DNA of 64,000 nucleotides from Acidimicrobiia bacterium (GTDB lineage: Bacteria > Actinomycetota > Acidimicrobiia > Spongiisociales > Spongiisociaceae), in contig JBFGLM010000019.1 in assembly GCA_041576165.1 (NCBI GenBank), positions 18,715-82,714 on the forward strand, read 5' to 3'. The notes below the pieces were generated by a model that saw only the letters and a list, made by a program, of their open reading frames with translations, made no database searches and was not told where the DNA came from. The position numbers and the translations under genes were made by a program. This document shows, piece by piece, positions 58,670-64,000 of this stretch (the first letter of the stretch is position 1; each line of letters opens with the position of its first letter).

Positions 58670-60301
58670 TCAGATGAGCCCGTGGTCGTAGGCGTAGGCG
58701 GTAGCGGCCGCCCGATTCGACACCCCTACCTTGGTGAAGATGTTGCTGACATGCCGCTCGACGGTCTTCTCGCTGATGAAGAGCGTGGTAGCGATCTCCC
58801 GGTTCGTCTTGCCGGCGGCAAGCAACCGGAGTACCTCGCCCTCCCTGGGTGTGACACGGGGAGCCGTCCCGGAGCGATGCGCGGCAAGGACGCCATCCAG
58901 CTGTTCCAGATCCGGCATAGCGCCGAGCTTCTCGAACACGCCACGTGCTGCGCGGTACTCCAGTTCGCATCCATCGCGATCGTCGATCTCCCGGCACGCC
59001 GCGGCGATGAGCACCCGAGACCTTGCCGCTTCGTACGGTGCTCCTAGCGACCGCCACGCCTCCAAAGCTTTCCGCAACGAAATGAGCGCAGCGCTCGGGT
59101 TGTCTTCGGCGAGGAGGACCGCACCCGTGGAGTTGGCGGCGGCGGCCTCGAGATAGTCGATGCCGGCAGTTGACGCGACGTCGACGAGCTCGTCGGCGGC
59201 GGCCCTCGCCTTGTCGACGGCGGCCGCCGCGAGCATGATCTCGACGTAAGCGGGGAGCATTCGCGCTCGGGCGACATGGTCAGGCGCCTCGGCCACCGAC
59301 CGTTCGATCGATGCTGACGCGCTGTCAACCCGATGCTGAGCAAGCCGCAGCAGCGAGAGCCCGGGCTGCGGTGAGCGGCCGTGCTCGTGCGCCCGTTCGA
59401 ACGACCGCTCCGCTTCATCGAAGTCGCCCTGGAGCCGGTAGATCTCACCGAGCTGGTAGTGGGCCATGCCGATCGCTGGATGGGGCGGTTCTTCGAGCCG
59501 GTTCCGTGCTTGGACCGCCTCATCGAACGCCTCCTTCCATGCTCCGTGGAGCTGCAGGATCTCGGAACGGTGCACCAGGCACTGGCCACGGTACGGGACG
59601 AGGCCGGGCTGTGACTCGCACCAGCGATTGAGCGCCGTCGTCCACTCCTGCGCCCGCCGCACGTCGAACACCCCTTGACATTCGTTGATCACTCCGCAGT
59701 AGACGATCCCGGCCACCACTGGCGATACCTCATCCGCCACCACCGACACCATCGCCTGATCGAGGAGTCCAACACCGTCGGCGATCCGACCCAGGTCGAG
59801 CTGTGCCTGGCCGCAGCCGAGTAACCCCAGAGCGTCCAGGTCGGAGTCGCGGAACCGACGAGCGATGGCGACTGCCTCTTCGAAGAGGGCGTGAGCGCGC
59901 GTCGGGTCACCGCCTTCAAGCGCCATCAATGCTTCGGGCATGAGCAGATAGCCGGCCTCCGCGCAGTCGAGCTCGTGTTCGTCGACCAGGCCGCGGGCAC
60001 GGGCGATCCACCCTCCGCCGCGGGCCCTCTCACCGCGTGCAATCAGCCCGTATCCGAGCCAGAAGGCGCACCGTACCGCACCCGCCAGATCGCCGGATTG
60101 GAGCATGGCCTGGTGGGCTCGGGTCCAGGCGGCGGTACTTTCGTCGTCACGCCCCGAGAGGTAGGCGGCGGTGGCCAGTCGTTCGAGGTCGGTGGCGTCG
60201 ACGTTGGCCGAATCGATGGCGGCCGTGAGGAGTTCATAGGCGAGGGCCCATGCTCTCTCCTCGAAGGCCTGCCGTCCTGCTTCGAGCGCATCACCTGTCA
60301 C
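58670..60301 (-). CDS. LuxR-family regulator (TPR-like body + C-terminal HTH)
   Basis: TPREGEVLRLLAAGKTNREIATTLFISEKTVERHVSNIFTK. Confidence 0.9.
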   Translation of the reverse strand: MTGDALEAGRQAFEERAWALAYELLTAAIDSANVDATDLERLATAAYLSGRDDESTAAWTRAHQAMLQSGDLAGAVRCAFWLGYGLIARGERARGGGWIARARGLVDEHELDCAEAGYLLMPEALMALEGGDPTRAHALFEEAVAIARRFRDSDLDALGLLGCGQAQLDLGRIADGVGLLDQAMVSVVADEVSPVVAGIVYCGVINECQGVFDVRRAQEWTTALNRWCESQPGLVPYRGQCLVHRSEILQLHGAWKEAFDEAVQARNRLEEPPHPAIGMAHYQLGEIYRLQGDFDEAERSFERAHEHGRSPQPGLSLLRLAQHRVDSASASIERSVAEAPDHVARARMLPAYVEIMLAAAAVDKARAAADELVDVASTAGIDYLEAAAANSTGAVLLAEDNPSAALISLRKALEAWRSLGAPYEAARSRVLIAAACREIDDRDGCELEYRAARGVFEKLGAMPDLEQLDGVLAAHRSGTAPRVTPREGEVLRLLAAGKTNREIATTLFISEKTVERHVSNIFTKVGVSNRAAATAYAYDHGLI

Positions 60302-60679
60302 ATCCAGGCCGAGTGTACCTGTGGGCGGATGCTGCTCCCGAGGCGGGATGAATGCCGCCCTGTTCTCCGCGCGGCCACCTCCTCTGGCGGGCGTCTCCGT
60401 GCCCGGCACCCGATGAGATGAGAGCGACGTGTGTGACCAAGATCGAACGGGTGCGATCAGTCAGCGGACTCCCAAACGAGTGCTGCACCTGGGGGACGAG
60501 AAGGCAGAGTCGTGCTTCGAGCAGCCGAGCCCCAAGCTTGCCGCGGGTCCAGCGGGCGGATAGGTCCAGCGGCTCATTTGCCGAGAGATCCGCGGAGCGA
60601 TACACGAAGGAACAGTCTCGATCCGGAGGCGCTATGTGAGTCCGCCGCCCCACCCCACCGGTAGATCGTTGCACGCGTG

Positions 60680-60708
60680 GTGGGGCCGGGCGGAATGCCC
60701 GGCCCCAC
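60680..60708. terminator. 12-bp hairpin downstream of the PhoX-like gene
   Basis: GTGGGGCCGGGC-GGAAT-GCCCGGCCCCAC, 17 nt beyond the stop. Confidence 0.65.
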
Positions 60709-60725
60709 AGTTGGTCATCCGGTCG

Positions 60726-62276
60726 TTACGAGCCGGGGATCTTCATAAGGAGGAGTTGGCCTTCCTCGCGTTTGATGGTGGTGCCGGGCTCCGTCGTCGT
60801 ATCGACGTCCACGAACGGCAGGTCGTGCGCCTGCACGTCGAGCAGCCACGACCCGGGACCGAAGTAGGTGGAGGCGTCGACGATGCCGGACGACTCTCCG
60901 CCGGTGTCGACCACGTCGGCGACGGTGCGCCACATGCCGTTGCTGAACTTGTACTGCCAGATCTGGGCGTTGTCGAAGTCCTCTTGCACCATCAGGCTCT
61001 TCTTGGAAGTGTCGATGTTGTCGGGTGCCGAGAAGCCGACGAACTTCGGGTGATCGGCCGGGGCATCGCCGTCGGCCAGCACCGTGAAGCTGTCCACCAG
61101 CAGCGGGTCGTCGTCGTTCAGCACGAACTTGAACATCCGCCCGTTGTCGGCGAGCCCGGCACCGGGATCGCGGTTCAGCCGGCCGGTGTCGGCGTCGGGC
61201 TTGACCCGGCTGGCGCCGGTGTCGGCCACGTACACGATCCGCGGGTCGTTCTTGTCGACCGCCAGGTCCTCTAGCCGGACGAACGTGAACACGTTGTTGG
61301 CGATCGACCACTGTTCGAGGTCGTCTTGCGGCGCTACCGTCGCCGACGTGCCCTTCGCGATGTCCTCCGGCACCTCGATCCACTCCCCGCGCATCTCGTC
61401 GTCCACCCCGAGGTCGAGGTAGTCGTTGGCATCGTTGAACGCGTCGGTCGCTTCAACGGCCACACCGTTCTTGTGGGTGACCCGGAACGCGTACAGCGTG
61501 CCCTCGTCGGCGAACATCGCCTCTTGGTCCTCGACCAGGTACATGTAGAGCTGCGAGGTGGTCGCCGTGAACGTATCGTCGGTCGACCACAGGACCAGAT
61601 CGTCGTACCCGGGCACGGCCACAGTGTTCTCGTGGTTGTGGCGGCCCATACCGGCGATCTGGGTGAAATCGCCCGTCGCCGTGTCGAGCGCCACGGCGTA
61701 GCCGCCCTGGCGGTCGGGCGCAGTCGCCGGATCGGCCCCGTAGGGGGCTCCGGCCGGCACCGGCACGATGTCGTTGGTCTCCTCGTTGGCGAAGAACACG
61801 TGGGTGTCGAAGCCGTCGTCCGGTGTCGCCACCGACGCCGAGCAGAACCGCAAGTAGCCGTTGTCGGATGAGATCGCCACTTCGGCGCTCAGCACGCCGC
61901 CGGTCCGGGTATCGAGGGTCCATCTGGTCACCGACGCATCAACGAAATCCCGCGCGTTGCGGAACGGGACCGTCGACTGCTCGTGCGCCACATACACATC
62001 CACTGTGGCTGGTCGCTGTCCCCTCCGGCCCTTGGAATCGGGATCGCCGTCCTCGTCGGGGACCAGCCCGATGCCGTCGGGGATGCCTTCGAACATCACG
62101 CCGTCGACCGTCTCGCCCACGCTGATGATGGGAAGCACCTTGCCTCCATCGACCGTGACCGTGATCAGTGGCGGATCATCGGTTAAAAAGCCGTGCCCCG
62201 CGGATACGGCCGGCATCGGCAGCGTCGCCGCTACCAGAGCCACGACCGCCGCAAGCAGCCGCCTTCGGTGTTTCAT
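60726..62276 (-). CDS. Secreted PhoX-family (DUF839) alkaline phosphatase-like protein
   Basis: Signal peptide; RFCSA, GRHNHEN, RLED, PDNI, QED, ESSG, DVQAH. Confidence 0.8.
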   Translation of the reverse strand: MKHRRRLLAAVVALVAATLPMPAVSAGHGFLTDDPPLITVTVDGGKVLPIISVGETVDGVMFEGIPDGIGLVPDEDGDPDSKGRRGQRPATVDVYVAHEQSTVPFRNARDFVDASVTRWTLDTRTGGVLSAEVAISSDNGYLRFCSASVATPDDGFDTHVFFANEETNDIVPVPAGAPYGADPATAPDRQGGYAVALDTATGDFTQIAGMGRHNHENTVAVPGYDDLVLWSTDDTFTATTSQLYMYLVEDQEAMFADEGTLYAFRVTHKNGVAVEATDAFNDANDYLDLGVDDEMRGEWIEVPEDIAKGTSATVAPQDDLEQWSIANNVFTFVRLEDLAVDKNDPRIVYVADTGASRVKPDADTGRLNRDPGAGLADNGRMFKFVLNDDDPLLVDSFTVLADGDAPADHPKFVGFSAPDNIDTSKKSLMVQEDFDNAQIWQYKFSNGMWRTVADVVDTGGESSGIVDASTYFGPGSWLLDVQAHDLPFVDVDTTTEPGTTIKREEGQLLLMKIPGS

Positions 62277-62721
62277 TACGAGGCCTCCTCTGTCGCGCCC
62301 GTACCGGCGCGCCACCTGGCAGCTTCCAGTCAGCGGTTTTCCCGGCACGCGCCCCTTACTTCTCACCAAACCTACACCAGCCACCGAGCGCGCGCGTCGA
62401 CGGTTCGGACTCGCCCGCCAACTACATCACGGACGAGGCCGAATGGGTGAATCCCGCCGAGCATGCTCAGCCGGGCGGCCGTGAACGTGCCGAGGAAGAA
62501 ACGGTCGTCACCCGTGTGCGGCTCGGCCGCCCGCACTGCGATTTCAGGGTGAACTGCCCGGCTGTGACGTTCGTTCGGCGCTAGTGGGGATCATGACTCC
62601 GAACCGCGGGCGGCCCGACGACTCACAGCCGCATCACCCGCCGCTGAGCGCCTCCCTACGTCGTGACCGCACCGATCCTCGATGTCAGGGCGCGCTTCGG
62701 CGCTGTAGGTAGCATCTGCGC

Positions 62722-63369
62722 ATGACTAGCTCGAGCGTGAGCTCCGAGCAGACTTCCAGGCTTGCGATCATCGGCTCGGCACTTGTGGTCGTGACCATGT
62801 CTATCACCTTCTTGGCCTTCGCCGAGGTCTTCGGTGACCGAGTCGGGTGGCTGATGGGCTTCTTGGTGTACTGGGTTGTCTGGGGTTTCGGCTTCCCGCT
62901 TTGGCTTCTCGGCCGCAGGCGGGTTTTGGACTTGCTGCGGACGACTCCAAGACGTCCCGGCATCTTCTGGTCCCTGTTGCTGGTCGGCCCCCCTGTGGGC
63001 AGCCTCGCCATGGGATGGGTTCCGCCAGCGGAGTTGAGCCTTGCTGTGATTGCTGTCGCGGTCGGGTTTGCCGTCATCAACGGTATCGCCGAGGAGCTGC
63101 TGTGGCGCGGCGTGTTCATCACATTGTTCCCGAGACAATTGTGGTGGGGGCTCATCTACCCATCGCTTGCGTTCGGCCTCTGGCACCTAGCACCCCAGAT
63201 CATCGATCCGGCGGAAGGCGGACCGATCCCGTTTGCGATTGCCGCCGTCGGCTTGGGACTGCTCTACGGGCTGGTCGCCCGCCATACTGGCAGTGTGCGT
63301 TGGCCCGCCGTCTCGCACATCTTCGCCGACCTCCTTGCACTGGAGACTTTTGTCGAACTTCTGGCCTGA
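62722..63369 (+). CDS. CPBP (CAAX/Abi) intramembrane glutamic protease
   Basis: EELLWRG, FGLWH, SHIFAD. Confidence 0.85.
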   Translation: MTSSSVSSEQTSRLAIIGSALVVVTMSITFLAFAEVFGDRVGWLMGFLVYWVVWGFGFPLWLLGRRRVLDLLRTTPRRPGIFWSLLLVGPPVGSLAMGWVPPAELSLAVIAVAVGFAVINGIAEELLWRGVFITLFPRQLWWGLIYPSLAFGLWHLAPQIIDPAEGGPIPFAIAAVGLGLLYGLVARHTGSVRWPAVSHIFADLLALETFVELLA

Positions 63370-63610
63370 GGCGGCCACGGGCGCGGCGCCATCGGCAGTC
63401 AACACCTACGAGCCGGTCTCCGACCAACCAAGCCAAATCAGCCCAGCGGCCGCGCATCGATGCTCTCCGAGCGGCAGCGCGTCGAGACTGGTTGAGGCGC
63501 CCAAACGGCGTTTGCGTGTCCTCGCTCCCGGCGTAACGGCAAATGGAGATGGGCACCGTCGGAGACCTTCGACCCTGGGTTCGGGCTTCAAGGCGGCACA
63601 TCATGAATTC

Positions 63611-64000
63611 GTGATACCGCAGCGCGACCGCGTCGTGCCGCACACCAGGCCTCGTCCCAGGACCCGCGGCGGCAGGTTCGGCGGGTTCGCCGGTTCGGCC
63701 GCGCTGGTGTTCATTGCGCTTGCGCTGGGCGCCACGCCGCTCCTCGCCCCACCCGCCGACGTGGGCGATGTCTCGATTGAGCGCGCGGTCGAACACGTCA
63801 GCGTGATCGCCTCCGAGCCTCACCCCATGGGCACGGCGGCGAACGCCCGAGTCCGGGACTATCTCATTGCCACGATCGCCGGCATGCAACTCGAGCCCCG
63901 AGTACAGACGGTCGAGGTCCCTGACTACTTCGGCGTCCCGGGCAACACGGTCGAGATCGCCAACGTGATGGCGCGCATTGGTGGGACTGTGAGCGACCGA
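63611..64000 (+). CDS. M28-family peptidase, N-terminal part (truncated by window edge)
   Basis: TM segment then SIERAVEHVSVIASEPHPMGTAANARVRDYL...ANVMARI; start position uncertain. Confidence 0.7.
   Translation, partial: MIPQRDRVVPHTRPRPRTRGGRFGGFAGSAALVFIALALGATPLLAPPADVGDVSIERAVEHVSVIASEPHPMGTAANARVRDYLIATIAGMQLEPRVQTVEVPDYFGVPGNTVEIANVMARIGGTVSDR

Noticed and set aside
1-64000. tRNA (including tRNA-Sec), rRNA, CRISPR array, transposase, prophage
   Set aside because: None recognised; the Sec machinery, if present, lies outside this window.

Overview
High-GC, gene-dense chromosomal segment with no rRNA, tRNA, CRISPR or IS seen. Gene content (F420-dependent LLM oxidoreductase, USP tandem proteins, P1B-5 ATPase-hemerythrin, a leaderless promoter) suggests an actinobacterium, possibly Acidimicrobiia (inference). 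Main signals: (1) a hidden selenoprotein candidate. An AhpD/CMD-fold gene (5428-6084, minus) is split by the ORF caller at an in-frame UGA in a C-N-Y-U motif, followed 12 nt later by a perfect 8-bp SECIS-like hairpin, and it sits directly upstream of a paralogue that lacks the redox motif. (2) A compact sugar-phosphate-utilisation (SPU/Haliangium-like) bacterial microcompartment operon: rpiB, deoC, 2 BMC-T, 1 BMC-H, 3 BMC-P and an acylating aldehyde dehydrogenase, with encapsulation peptides and a coupled wHTH gene under a clear sigma70-type promoter. (3) A gmd/colD-like/colC-like cluster joined to a polyprenyl-phosphate GT2 and a GT-C, suggesting lipid-linked colitose transfer. (4) A GH-A/GT2 fusion + ABC exporter + two APH-type kinases operon. 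(5) A stand-alone ygeW-ygeY-like pair, an AAC(3) homologue and several broken genes. All calls come from motif recognition by eye; no database search was run.
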